A stretch of 64,000 nucleotides of DNA from a virus (lineage: Duplodnaviria > Caudoviricetes): IMG/VR virus record IMGVR_UViG_3300028738_000008; one strand, given 5' to 3'. Below the pieces are notes generated by a model, which saw only the letters and a program-made list of their open reading frames with translations, searched no databases and had not been told where the DNA came from. The translations under genes were made by a program, and so were the position numbers. This document shows, in pieces, positions 17,817-26,882 of this stretch (position 1 is the first letter of the stretch; every line of letters starts with the position of its first letter).

Positions 17817-18801
17817 GCATTCTAGTTATAAAATAGTCATCAATAGTTAATGCTCTCAATGTAAATAAGGCTTCAACTACTCTTTCATCACCTTCATACC
17901 TACGCAACTCGTCCAAATCATCGTTATTTGGCAATGCAATTATTTTAACACGTTCCTCACAGTCAATATATATAGATTGTAATTTATAAAATAATTCCAC
18001 GCTGTTTTTATAGGCATCGGGGTCTAGCAATATTACAATATTTGGTTTCAGTTCTTTTATTTTAAAGAATAATGCCTCGGAAATTGTTTTTCCAAGCATT
18101 GGTATTGTGTTTATAGGCAAACTTAGCATTTCAAATGCACCTTCTACAAGGTATACGGTCATATCCCAATTTATTAAACCCTCATTGAAAATGATCCTAG
18201 ATTTATCGGATTTAGGATTATCGTAAGGCTTAATTTTTTTATTACCTATGTCATAATTTCTTGCAACAAAATAGTTTACTATACCATTTTTATCATATGA
18301 CGGGATTATAATTCTTTTTTTGTATTTACCTTCAATGCAAAATCCTATGTTATATTTGATCAATAGTTCTCTACCAATTTTTCGAACATTAATCATATAG
18401 TTGTATGCTTCAAAATGAGCAACATTTCCAGCTTCCATCTGGGAAAATAGTATCATTTCTTTGGGCAACTCAACTGGAACATATTCAATTTCTTCTTCAT
18501 ATTCGTCAAAACCATCATATGACGCATTATAAATTTGAAACATTTCGTAATCAATTTTCGATCCGTATAAGTATATAAGTTTACCGAGGCTTCCACTAAA
18601 TTTTGGGTCGTCGCACTTCCAGCATCTAAACATACGCTTAGCGGTGTTTATTTCAAGGTTGCTCTTTCCGTCAGAGTGTGACAGACCTTCGTTTTCCTGA
18701 CAGCGTGGGCAATTCACCTGAACTTGTTCAGATACATTTAAGCCTTGGGCGTCAGGGAATACGTTTTGTATTAAACTATGAAATTCTTGACCTCTAATCA
18801 T
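17767..18801 (-). CDS. dnaG: DNA primase (Zn-finger + TOPRIM)
   Basis: CPRC...CWKC zinc finger; RIIIP; YFVAR; VYLVEG and LLDPDA TOPRIM motifs. Confidence 0.88.
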   Translation of the reverse strand: MIRGQEFHSLIQNVFPDAQGLNVSEQVQVNCPRCQENEGLSHSDGKSNLEINTAKRMFRCWKCDDPKFSGSLGKLIYLYGSKIDYEMFQIYNASYDGFDEYEEEIEYVPVELPKEMILFSQMEAGNVAHFEAYNYMINVRKIGRELLIKYNIGFCIEGKYKKRIIIPSYDKNGIVNYFVARNYDIGNKKIKPYDNPKSDKSRIIFNEGLINWDMTVYLVEGAFEMLSLPINTIPMLGKTISEALFFKIKELKPNIVILLDPDAYKNSVELFYKLQSIYIDCEERVKIIALPNNDDLDELRRYEGDERVVEALFTLRALTIDDYFITRMHESDRYDPYTKYFKRK

Positions 18802-18805
18802 GCCA

Positions 18806-18836
18806 CAAACTTAAACAAAAAATGCCGAAAAACAAA
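18806..18836 (-). promoter_or_regulatory. Bacteroidota-type primary-sigma promoter
   Basis: Minus strand reads TTTG-N19-TAAGTTTG, ending 4 nt before the primase ATG. Confidence 0.65.
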
Positions 18837-18864
18837 ACGAATTCCAGCATTTTTATCTCTTATC

Positions 18865-19458
18865 CTACATATCGCTAAATGTCTTATAATCTTTTAAATA
18901 CGGAAAAATTTCGATCAATCTGTTCATAAATCCGACTGGATATATTTTAAAGTTAACCCCCCATCGTTGATGCATGTCCTGTAATTCCGAAAATAGCTCA
19001 ATAGTTTTCTGCTTTAGTCCATCTGAATCGTCGGAAACATTGTAATCATTGTAAGTAATACCGTCGCTATTGACAACTGGTTGCGGCGCATTTGGTAAAC
19101 CTGCTAACTGTGCTCTTAACTGCTCTGATTCTTCCGTCAATCTTGCTACCTGTTCTTCAAGCCATAATTTATTATCATTGCTTTTGTTTATGATTTTCGA
19201 TTCGTCTGGCGTGTTAATGGATGTTTCCTTTACTACTTTAACATCAATATCTGCTAGTAGGTCTTCCACCATATCAATTGCCTTTTTCTGACGTTCATGT
19301 TCAGCATCTATTACTACTGGCTTAGCAACTGTCTTAATAACTGGTTTAGTCACTGCTGCCTTAGACACTTTCACTTCTTCCTTTTTTACAGGCTTATTGT
19401 CTGTTTTTGGCTTAGCTAATTTTAATAAATTTTTATTACTGGTAATTCCTGTCTTCAT
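18865..19458 (-). CDS. hypothetical late protein (Lys-rich N-terminus, coiled coil)
   Basis: 197 aa; ends in TAG; late motif upstream. Confidence 0.6.
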   Translation of the reverse strand: MKTGITSNKNLLKLAKPKTDNKPVKKEEVKVSKAAVTKPVIKTVAKPVVIDAEHERQKKAIDMVEDLLADIDVKVVKETSINTPDESKIINKSNDNKLWLEEQVARLTEESEQLRAQLAGLPNAPQPVVNSDGITYNDYNVSDDSDGLKQKTIELFSELQDMHQRWGVNFKIYPVGFMNRLIEIFPYLKDYKTFSDM

Positions 19459-19476
19459 TTTTATATAATTTTATAA

Positions 19477-19483
19477 TAAATAC
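19477..19483 (-). promoter_or_regulatory. putative late promoter
   Basis: GTATTTA(TTATAAAA) on the - strand, before ATG 19458. Confidence 0.5.
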
Positions 19484-19517
19484 TATAAAAGTATAAAAAG
19501 TGTATTGTTAGCAATAA

Positions 19518-19551
19518 AAAACCCATCATATATCTCTACATGATGGGTTTT
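19518..19551 (-). terminator. intrinsic terminator
   Basis: aaaacccatcat / atgatgggtttt: 12-bp inverted repeat; the A-run on + gives a U-tract for the - strand transcript. Confidence 0.7.
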
Positions 19552-19576
19552 GGTTTGGGGATAAATCTACGAATAT

Positions 19577-21112
19577 TTATTCTGGTATGTTTGCGTTTAA
19601 GTGAGCAGTCATACCTAACTTGTCATTCCAAATAAAGGCATCAGCAGCTTTAACAGCCCCAATAAATCCTTTCTTGTGATGCCATTCCTCTGTGCCTGTT
19701 AAAGACGAAAGATATCTTATGATAACACCGTTTTCTTCATTGATAAGAGTGTCCTTATTAAAATCAACATTATGTCTATAAGACTTTTTTCTGTGTTGGT
19801 GACCCAAATGCCATTCATGGAATCTGGTTTGACTCCATAATTGTTTCGATTCGATATCATTAGCCATTATAAGCGGTAACGATGTTTCCTTTTCTTCGCT
19901 ACCATGCGTGAATCCAAGTAGAACCTCATGGTATCTATAGTATTTCCTTGGAGAAGCACCATTGTCAATAGTGACTTGTGGATCATTATTGAACCAAGCA
20001 CTAAGCACTGAACCTAAGTAAAAACTTCTCTCAAAGTCATGATTTCCAGGAATTACCAATACATCAACTGGAACATTCTCCAATTTCAGTAAATTAATGG
20101 CATCGGCAAGCAATGCTACACCAACCTCAAATGTTTTCTGCCAGCGTAAGTCTTCATCCTGTGGTGTGCCATGCGTTGTAGTATTATTCATATTATCGGA
20201 ATTGAAGAAGTCATTTCCAATTGGAAATAATATCCTCTCGTAATTGAACGATGATGCCCTTTTTAGAAGGGTTGTTAATGCCGTTACAAATCGATCACGT
20301 GCGATCTTTGTGTCGTAATTTTCGCCTGTTTCGCCATTCCAGCCCAACTTACCGATATGTAAGTCAAATAGTGAAAGCTCTAATAAGTTATGTTCGCCAT
20401 GTACGTTTTTTTCAAATAAACTTGGTTGAACTTGTGGTAACTTGTAGCTTTTAACAATGTTTTCAAGAATTTCGCCAAGGTTTACAGCTTCAAATAAGGG
20501 ATTGTTTCTTTCGAGTTCCAGCTTTACCTGAAAGTTTTGAATAGTTATAGGATCAACAGACTTAAACGATGTAACGTCCCATTTATTTACTATCTGCTTT
20601 TTGATCTTCCACATCGCATTGTCGATCTCCGCTGCCAGTAGTAATTGCTCAGCAGTTTTGATGTGACCATTTGGGTAATTACTGCCGTTTTTCCATTCGA
20701 TATTAGCTACTTTACCCTGTATTTCGAATTTAAGCTGCTCGTTTTGAGACTGGTTGAATTGTGCTGTTTCTGGTGGATTTGCTTGAACCCTTATCTGAGA
20801 ATTATCTGTAAACGTGACTGTTTGTGCGCCAGCATATACTTTATCCGCACATATTTTAGAATTAGCCAAGCTTATAACAATCGGTTCTTGTTTGGTGCAT
20901 TTGGATAAATATTCATCGTATTTATCCATAAACAACACATAATCCTTAATATCTATAGTTTTTTTATTGAATTTGTCAACGACTTTACGCTTTACGTTTT
21001 TAACGTATGTGTCAGCATATCCTGATTTAACCGATGCTATTGTTAGTGACGTGTTATTATCGATAGCGTAATCGATAACTTGCATTCCCTTTAATATTCT
21101 ATCTCTAATCAT
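19577..21112 (-). CDS. calcineurin-like metallophosphoesterase with long N-terminal extension
   Basis: FDLHIG, GNDFFN, PGNHD, FTHG and GHQH motifs. Confidence 0.8.
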   Translation of the reverse strand: MIRDRILKGMQVIDYAIDNNTSLTIASVKSGYADTYVKNVKRKVVDKFNKKTIDIKDYVLFMDKYDEYLSKCTKQEPIVISLANSKICADKVYAGAQTVTFTDNSQIRVQANPPETAQFNQSQNEQLKFEIQGKVANIEWKNGSNYPNGHIKTAEQLLLAAEIDNAMWKIKKQIVNKWDVTSFKSVDPITIQNFQVKLELERNNPLFEAVNLGEILENIVKSYKLPQVQPSLFEKNVHGEHNLLELSLFDLHIGKLGWNGETGENYDTKIARDRFVTALTTLLKRASSFNYERILFPIGNDFFNSDNMNNTTTHGTPQDEDLRWQKTFEVGVALLADAINLLKLENVPVDVLVIPGNHDFERSFYLGSVLSAWFNNDPQVTIDNGASPRKYYRYHEVLLGFTHGSEEKETSLPLIMANDIESKQLWSQTRFHEWHLGHQHRKKSYRHNVDFNKDTLINEENGVIIRYLSSLTGTEEWHHKKGFIGAVKAADAFIWNDKLGMTAHLNANIPE

Positions 21113-21128
21113 TCTAATTAATTTTTCG

Positions 21129-21159
21129 CAAAAATAACTTATTTATTTGTATAATGCAA
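21129..21159 (-). promoter_or_regulatory. Bacteroidota-type primary-sigma promoter
   Basis: Minus strand reads TTG-N20-TATTTTTG. Confidence 0.5.
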
Positions 21160-21173
21160 GTGAATATTAATAC

Positions 21174-21479
21174 TCATATAAATATGTTTCCCATAGACTT
21201 TAAAATATTTATAGCTTTATCAATAATCTTACAATTTGTTAAAAAGTCAACTTCCTCAGATATGGACAGATCAAACCACTCGCCGTTTTGTCGGGCATAC
21301 ATATATCTATTATGCAAACTCGTTTCTATTTTAGACGCATTAACAGATTCATATGATTCGATTAGTTCTAATTTCTCTGGGTTGCCAGTGTTTAACTGAT
21401 CAATCCGTTTACTAGGATTGATAGATATACCTATTTTGTACTTACCATCGTTAGACCTTATTAAGTATACCTTTTTCAT
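21174..21479 (-). CDS. GIY-YIG nuclease (T5orf172/Mug113-like)
   Basis: VYLIR...YKIGIS...RIDQLNTGNP...IETSLH...GEWF. Confidence 0.85.
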   Translation of the reverse strand: MKKVYLIRSNDGKYKIGISINPSKRIDQLNTGNPEKLELIESYESVNASKIETSLHNRYMYARQNGEWFDLSISEEVDFLTNCKIIDKAINILKSMGNIFI

Positions 21480-21482
21480 AGA

Positions 21483-22091
21483 TTATTTAATAATTCCCAA
21501 TAATTTTAATCCAGCATATCCAACACAATAGGAGTCACTTAAGTCAAAATTGGTATCCTTTAGCTTACCATTTTTGTCTACCATCCACTCAATATGTGGT
21601 TCAAGTTTTGCTACCTTTTTTCTAATAGCTTCTTTTTTATTATCCTTTAATTCAGCAGGCCATGACATGACTTCAACAAGGATACCTTTCTTTTTCTCGG
21701 TGTGCACGAATTCAGATAGAAATGATTTTCTACTATCGCTAACAGAAATCTTTATAGGAAAAACATCGAAAATCTCGTGTAGAATGAAACGTGCCATACC
21801 ATTAAATGCATGTAGTAAAGCCACTGTGAAAGCATTATTACTTCCACCGATAGGTTCTTCAATAATTATATTGGTAATAACGCCATTCAACTCGGTTTCA
21901 ATTCGTTGTTTGTATTGAATGCAGTAATTCTTAAAATTATTGGCTTTATGAATGTCTCTGGTTTCTTTAGGCACATCCTTGTTAGCAGTTAAGGCTAAAT
22001 GCTTCATTTCGATTAACTTGCCTTCTGAGTTCCATAATGAAGACCCGACGTTTGTAGTTGACAAATCTAATGACCATATATATTTTTCCAT
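21483..22091 (-). CDS. ruvC: RuvC-like Holliday junction resolvase
   Basis: SLDLST, IIIEEP and DLSDSYCVG acidic catalytic pattern. Confidence 0.75.
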   Translation of the reverse strand: MEKYIWSLDLSTTNVGSSLWNSEGKLIEMKHLALTANKDVPKETRDIHKANNFKNYCIQYKQRIETELNGVITNIIIEEPIGGSNNAFTVALLHAFNGMARFILHEIFDVFPIKISVSDSRKSFLSEFVHTEKKKGILVEVMSWPAELKDNKKEAIRKKVAKLEPHIEWMVDKNGKLKDTNFDLSDSYCVGYAGLKLLGIIK

Positions 22092-22093
22092 GT

Positions 22094-22294
22094 TTAGATT
22101 TTTTTAGTTTTGTCTAGTCCGTCAATCAACTCATTACAGTGTTTCGGGTTATTTATGTATACAGCTATCAAATCAGTAACAACTGATCCGATTTTTAAGC
22201 CCTTTCCAAGGCAATAAAGCTTTAACTTACTGTGTAGCTTACCATCAATAATAATTGACTTCTGCTTGCCTTTATCGTCGTTTACAATGCTCAT
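22094..22294 (-). CDS. ribbon-helix-helix-like small DNA-binding protein
   Basis: KSIIID.KLHSKLKLYC...GLKIGSVVTDLI: beta-helix-helix pattern. Confidence 0.6.
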   Translation of the reverse strand: MSIVNDDKGKQKSIIIDGKLHSKLKLYCLGKGLKIGSVVTDLIAVYINNPKHCNELIDGLDKTKKI

Positions 22295-22309
22295 CTTTTA
22301 TATTTTTTT

Positions 22310-22318
22310 TATAAATAC
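22310..22318 (-). promoter_or_regulatory. putative late promoter within an AT-only hairpin (22296-22345)
   Basis: GTATTTATA, 15 nt before ATG 22294. Confidence 0.5.
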
Positions 22319-22353
22319 TATCACTTTTATAAAAAAATATAAAAATTTACAAT

Positions 22354-22896
22354 TTATTTCAAATATAATAATTTTCTTAATTTCCTTTCCACCTCTGGAC
22401 AACGATTATATGCGTCTATCTCGTATTTACGTTCCTCATAAGGCACTTCAAATAATTTAACGGTATCATTCATCCATATGTTATACTTATAGCCGACAGC
22501 TGGCTGTACCAGTAAACCCTTTTGCATTTGATCAAAATGAATGAATTCATGCGAAAGCAATGTAAATAAATTATATGAATCATTCTTTGCTATAAACAGG
22601 TTATATGAATTAGACTCAAATTCGTTTTTTGTTATAAAGCCAAATATTTGCGTATCATTCTTATCAAAAGATAGCGGCATATAATATATATTAATTCTGG
22701 CTGTATCATATCCAAAAATACGATTAATCAAAACCTTTATAATCGTATCGGCATCATCTATACTAGTATAATTATTAACTATAATCGTTTCTGGAAATCT
22801 AAAGGAATTCATTTTTTTAGGCTTATGCGTAAAAATTAAGAAAAAAACAATAATCACTATTACGACTGCGATTATCACATACCAAATTTTCTTCAT
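22354..22896 (-). CDS. membrane-anchored HExxH zinc metalloprotease-like protein
   Basis: N-terminal TM; LSHEFIH; downstream YEIDAY. Confidence 0.65.
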   Translation of the reverse strand: MKKIWYVIIAVVIVIIVFFLIFTHKPKKMNSFRFPETIIVNNYTSIDDADTIIKVLINRIFGYDTARINIYYMPLSFDKNDTQIFGFITKNEFESNSYNLFIAKNDSYNLFTLLSHEFIHFDQMQKGLLVQPAVGYKYNIWMNDTVKLFEVPYEERKYEIDAYNRCPEVERKLRKLLYLK

Positions 22897-22905
22897 GCTT
22901 CAATA

Positions 22906-23613
22906 TTAAAAGTCAATTCCAAATACCAAAGTTCTAGCAAGTGTTGAGTCCTTAGATATCGGGTTATTTAATTTAGCAATTGCCACAAGCTCGTGATCAG
23001 CATTATAAATTCCAATTTCTGAAATCATTAACGGTGCTAATCCGTCCCATGTCTTATTTGTTGATGTATTGAATTCATCTAAGGGTAGATGAATATCAAT
23101 TTCTGTTGAGTGTGCAATGGCTTCAATGCTTGTAGTCACATTCCCCAGAAATACTTCTTCGTCACCGAAATTCAATGTGCTATCATTTTTTAAAGGTGCT
23201 GAGTAGTTCATATACTCCAAGTTATAGTTTGCTTTGGAGTTATATATATTCAATGGTAGCTTAAAAACAGTTGCTACAAGATTTATACCTGTTATTTGAA
23301 TTCCAGCGACATAATTTCTAATTTGATCAGTAACATCATATATTTTCCATTCATCGGATATTGGCGTTACACTTGTCAGATCATTATAGGTTGAATTATC
23401 AATAACCTGTAGAAGTATTTGCATCTTAGTTGCCCCATACACAGATGCTAAGAATTTGAAATCATTAACACTTGTAAAGTATAGATTAACTTCATTATTT
23501 AGCACAGACGGTATCTGTAAGCTATTAATATAGTTACAATGAACTGCATCGCTGTAACCAAAGCTAGTGTCAGTCAGAAATCTATATGTGAAAAATACTG
23601 TATATCCTATCAT
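22906..23613 (-). CDS. tail/baseplate structural protein (tail-collar-fibre-like C-terminal motif)
   Basis: ISEIGIYNADHELVAIAKLNNPISK; located in the structural block. Confidence 0.55.
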   Translation of the reverse strand: MIGYTVFFTYRFLTDTSFGYSDAVHCNYINSLQIPSVLNNEVNLYFTSVNDFKFLASVYGATKMQILLQVIDNSTYNDLTSVTPISDEWKIYDVTDQIRNYVAGIQITGINLVATVFKLPLNIYNSKANYNLEYMNYSAPLKNDSTLNFGDEEVFLGNVTTSIEAIAHSTEIDIHLPLDEFNTSTNKTWDGLAPLMISEIGIYNADHELVAIAKLNNPISKDSTLARTLVFGIDF

Positions 23614-23627
23614 TTTTATTTAATTTA

Positions 23628-25628
23628 TTAAGAATTAATTGCAAGTGTTATATTTAACGGATATATAACTGGTACTGGTAATGTAATGTATACAGGCGCA
23701 TCGCTTGTATAGTACGGTGTTCTCGATGTTGTTGGTGTCGGCAATGTGTCAATTGTCATATCAACATATATAGGAAAAGCTGGTAATGTACCTGATAATG
23801 TTACATTTAGCGTTCCACCTGATACCACTGGCGTATACATTGATGTCCCGCTTAATACAGGGAATGTGAAGGCAGGTACACCAGATGCTCCGCTAACGTC
23901 ACTGAATGACATTCCATATGCTGGACTCAAAATGAAATTATTTGAAAATGGTGGCAATGTTGTCGTGGTCGTAGTACTTGTAGTGGTCGGCGGCAATGTT
24001 GTTGTCGTGGTCGTAGTACTTGTAGTGGTCGGCGGCAATGTTGTTGTCGTGGTCGTAGTTGTAGTGGTTGTAGGCTGGATAATTGTAATTGTATTGCCTG
24101 TAGCTACGCAATTAGGTGCTCCAAGGTCATATAAACGTGTACTATATGTTCCGCCTGATAGTCCACTGACAGTTATACCAGCGTCGGTTATTGGCTGATA
24201 ATATACTCTATCAGTACCATTTAATATCTCAAGAATAAGCGTAGACCCCAATATATTATTAGCAATATCATATATGGTTATTTGACCATCGTTATATATT
24301 GTCGGCGTATTACCGCTAGCACTGAATGTGAGTGTACATATAGGACAATCGGTTAATGCATTATTAACGCCAATACTATAATTTGGTAATGTCCATGATC
24401 TATTTGCCTTGTATGACATGGCAAATAGTAATTCCTGATCTTCAATTATGAACATTTTTAGCTCATTTAATATTTTTCCGACTATATTACCACTCTCGTC
24501 AGCTAAGTCATAGTATAACGTGTTTAATCCAGCTAAATGTTTTTGTACGCCTAACGCTGTCAATTTCACGCCCAATGTAGTTCCGCTTGATTTATGCCAC
24601 ATTATTGTTGGGATAAATAACTCAGGAGTATTATTATAAAAACCCTCACCATATCGGTTTGACGGCGATGAATTTGTGTAATGAATTGCTCCGACTTTTC
24701 TTAGTACTGCACTTTGACTTTGAATATATGATACAAAACCAGCATATTCGGCAGTCTTAAACTCAGGGTATTTAGTATCGCCAGCAATTGTACCAGCAAT
24801 ATCTTCGGTGTATAATATAGACATTTTCCAAAAAGGAAATATAGGCATATCACACTGACTATTACTATAGAATGATAAAACGGCGTCAGATAAATAATCA
24901 ACAGAGTCATATACAGTTGTGCCACTATAGTTACTATAAAATGTTAATGCTGCTGCATAATCGCTTGTAACACCTGTTATGCATGGCAAGAATTTATCAA
25001 CAGTGACTTGTAAATTATTTGCAGCCAATGTTCCGCCGATAATACTTTCAATTTTATAAAAAATATATGGCTTAGGACTGTTAATGTCTATAACATCATT
25101 TAATGTGTCGCCACTATAGCCATTCCATTTAATCAAAACTATGTCATTAACGGATGGCTCATACGATCCAGTGGCATAATTAATAGATTGATATAAATTA
25201 AGCGTTGTGTTGCCTGTTGTTGTCATTTCAGATAGACTTACTTTAGCATTAGGCTGCTTCATATATTCGAGTCCTGTGTTAATAGTAACAGTTCCGCCGC
25301 TATTAATAATAAAAAATCCTAATGAAGATATATCATTCTGTATAACCATTGGTATAGACGGTACGCTAGTTATTGGGTTATATTCAGTTCCGCCACTAAC
25401 ACTTTTTATAAAAGATATTAGTTTTGGGTTCTTATCGGCAGGTCTTAGAATTATTGGCGAATAATTTGGATCGAAACTAGTCACAGCTTTGATTAAATTA
25501 TAATCGATCTCGCTATCGCCAATTGCAAAATAGTTAAATGTCAACTGTCCCTTAGACAATAGCTCTCTACCCTTTGTTGTTATCTTTATGTTTAAAACTG
25601 TTGGATCGTTCTTTTCGATGAATGCCAT
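23628..25628 (-). CDS. tail/baseplate structural protein with mucin-like Thr/Pro repeat
   Basis: N-terminal ITTKGRELL...FAIGD (tail-collar-like), Ser/Thr/Gly-rich beta segments, (LPPTTTSTTTTTTT) repeats; late motif upstream. Confidence 0.6.
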   Translation of the reverse strand: MAFIEKNDPTVLNIKITTKGRELLSKGQLTFNYFAIGDSEIDYNLIKAVTSFDPNYSPIILRPADKNPKLISFIKSVSGGTEYNPITSVPSIPMVIQNDISSLGFFIINSGGTVTINTGLEYMKQPNAKVSLSEMTTTGNTTLNLYQSINYATGSYEPSVNDIVLIKWNGYSGDTLNDVIDINSPKPYIFYKIESIIGGTLAANNLQVTVDKFLPCITGVTSDYAAALTFYSNYSGTTVYDSVDYLSDAVLSFYSNSQCDMPIFPFWKMSILYTEDIAGTIAGDTKYPEFKTAEYAGFVSYIQSQSAVLRKVGAIHYTNSSPSNRYGEGFYNNTPELFIPTIMWHKSSGTTLGVKLTALGVQKHLAGLNTLYYDLADESGNIVGKILNELKMFIIEDQELLFAMSYKANRSWTLPNYSIGVNNALTDCPICTLTFSASGNTPTIYNDGQITIYDIANNILGSTLILEILNGTDRVYYQPITDAGITVSGLSGGTYSTRLYDLGAPNCVATGNTITIIQPTTTTTTTTTTTLPPTTTSTTTTTTTLPPTTTSTTTTTTLPPFSNNFILSPAYGMSFSDVSGASGVPAFTFPVLSGTSMYTPVVSGGTLNVTLSGTLPAFPIYVDMTIDTLPTPTTSRTPYYTSDAPVYITLPVPVIYPLNITLAINS
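23953..24074. repeat. in-frame 42-nt tandem repeat encoding the Thr-rich tract
   Basis: Unit ggcaatgttgttgtcgtggtcgtagtacttgtagtggtcggc: 39-nt copy at 23953-23991, 42-nt copy at 23992-24033, diverged third copy from 24034. Confidence 0.85.
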
Positions 25629-25644
25629 AAATTCTATTTTTTAA

Positions 25645-25651
25645 TAAATAC
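25645..25651 (-). promoter_or_regulatory. putative late promoter
   Basis: GTATTTA(TTAAAAAA) before ATG 25628. Confidence 0.5.
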
Positions 25652-25691
25652 TATAAAATTTAATAGTGTTAAAAAACTATTAACTATGATA

Positions 25692-25946
25692 TTAAGTTAT
25701 AACATCAGCAACCAATGAATCAATAATAGCTTGAGACTCGATGCCCAGAAACATTAGGAATTTAATGCATCTATTTTCGTATTCTAAATCTGATAAATTA
25801 TACGCCACTTCCTCTGTTATCTGAGCATATGTTATTTCGTTATATGTAAATTCATTCAATAAGTTGTAGGTGTTATCATTATGATTGCTTCCCACACCGT
25901 AACTACGTGCATCAGTTATTCGTAATAAGTATTTTCTATTTGACAT
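25692..25946 (-). CDS. hypothetical protein
   Basis: 84 aa, directly downstream of the glycosyltransferase. Confidence 0.55.
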   Translation of the reverse strand: MSNRKYLLRITDARSYGVGSNHNDNTYNLLNEFTYNEITYAQITEEVAYNLSDLEYENRCIKFLMFLGIESQAIIDSLVADVIT

Positions 25947-25951
25947 TTTTA

Positions 25952-26872
25952 TTAAAATATTAAATTTTTCAATGATATCTCAGTTTCTTTTATTTCTTTT
26001 ACATAATTATATGAACAAAATTTATCACTATACTCAATTGACTTGTTAAAGGGAGACAACTGATGTGCCGTTTTCATAAATAATATGCCATTATTTTCCG
26101 TAACGCCAGCATTATGAAATATTTGACATTCTCCCCATCTATTAATGCTATCAGTAGCCCATGCAAAATCGAGTCCCTTATCAATTTTAACTTCATGATT
26201 AAAATAAATTGCATTCCATAAAACCGCCCACATATCTGCCGTCCAAGACTGTATAGGAAATTTTGGACAATATATATTAGATGTTGATACCATGTATTCA
26301 TATAGCAATTCTGAGTCCTTTTCGCATTTTCGCCAAAATGTAGCATCAACATTTTTCATTATATACTGTGCTCCACCAGCGTTTTCATCATTTTGCTCAA
26401 TAACAGAAGGCGAAACGCCAACAATATTACACATTCCTTTGAATAATTCAACGCCCTTACTTTTTATATAATCACTGTTAATATATGATCGTGTGTCACT
26501 AAGATACCATATATTATCATTCTCGTACTTAGTAAAATCCATTTTTTTCGTAAAAATAACATCTGGGTCAGTGAATAAGAATGTTTCCTTATTTAAAAAC
26601 GGATATTTATCAAAAAATTGAGCCAAAATATTATGCCTGAATGATACGCCATATTTCAAATTTTTGCGTTGATCCTCAAAAAAATGAAAATTACATTTAA
26701 TTGATCGATCAGCAGCTATTTTTAATATATTACTATTATATTGACACCCTCGATGCTTTCCGACCACATATATAACGTCATTCTCAATTCCCATTTTTCT
26801 GAAATTGTTTATCTGAACCATGATTTGCCAAACATAGTAATTATTATCGGGTAATGCTATTAATATTTTCAT
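25952..26872 (-). CDS. GT-A fold glycosyltransferase (resembles peptidyl O-glycosyltransferase families)
   Basis: DxD motif FLFTDPDVIF, GGAQYIMK, FWRK, WTADMWAVLWNA, IFHNAG. Confidence 0.65.
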   Translation of the reverse strand: MKILIALPDNNYYVWQIMVQINNFRKMGIENDVIYVVGKHRGCQYNSNILKIAADRSIKCNFHFFEDQRKNLKYGVSFRHNILAQFFDKYPFLNKETFLFTDPDVIFTKKMDFTKYENDNIWYLSDTRSYINSDYIKSKGVELFKGMCNIVGVSPSVIEQNDENAGGAQYIMKNVDATFWRKCEKDSELLYEYMVSTSNIYCPKFPIQSWTADMWAVLWNAIYFNHEVKIDKGLDFAWATDSINRWGECQIFHNAGVTENNGILFMKTAHQLSPFNKSIEYSDKFCSYNYVKEIKETEISLKNLIF

Positions 26873-26882
26873 AAATTATATG

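Noticed and set aside
21174-21479. GIY-YIG gene as an active mobile homing element or transposon
   Set aside because: Only the roughly 100-aa catalytic module is present, with no DNA-binding extension, terminal repeats or intron context.
23953-24074. CRISPR array or mini-array
   Set aside because: Repeats are directly adjacent without unique spacers and are in-frame coding sequence; no cas genes seen.
23746-24198. + strand poly-Val ORF, and the many other short opposite-strand or nested ORFs in the track (e.g. 9584-10033, 12046-12543, 26911-27255, 49768-50211)
   Set aside because: They are shadows of longer motif-bearing genes; the poly-Val tract is just the reverse complement of the Thr repeat.
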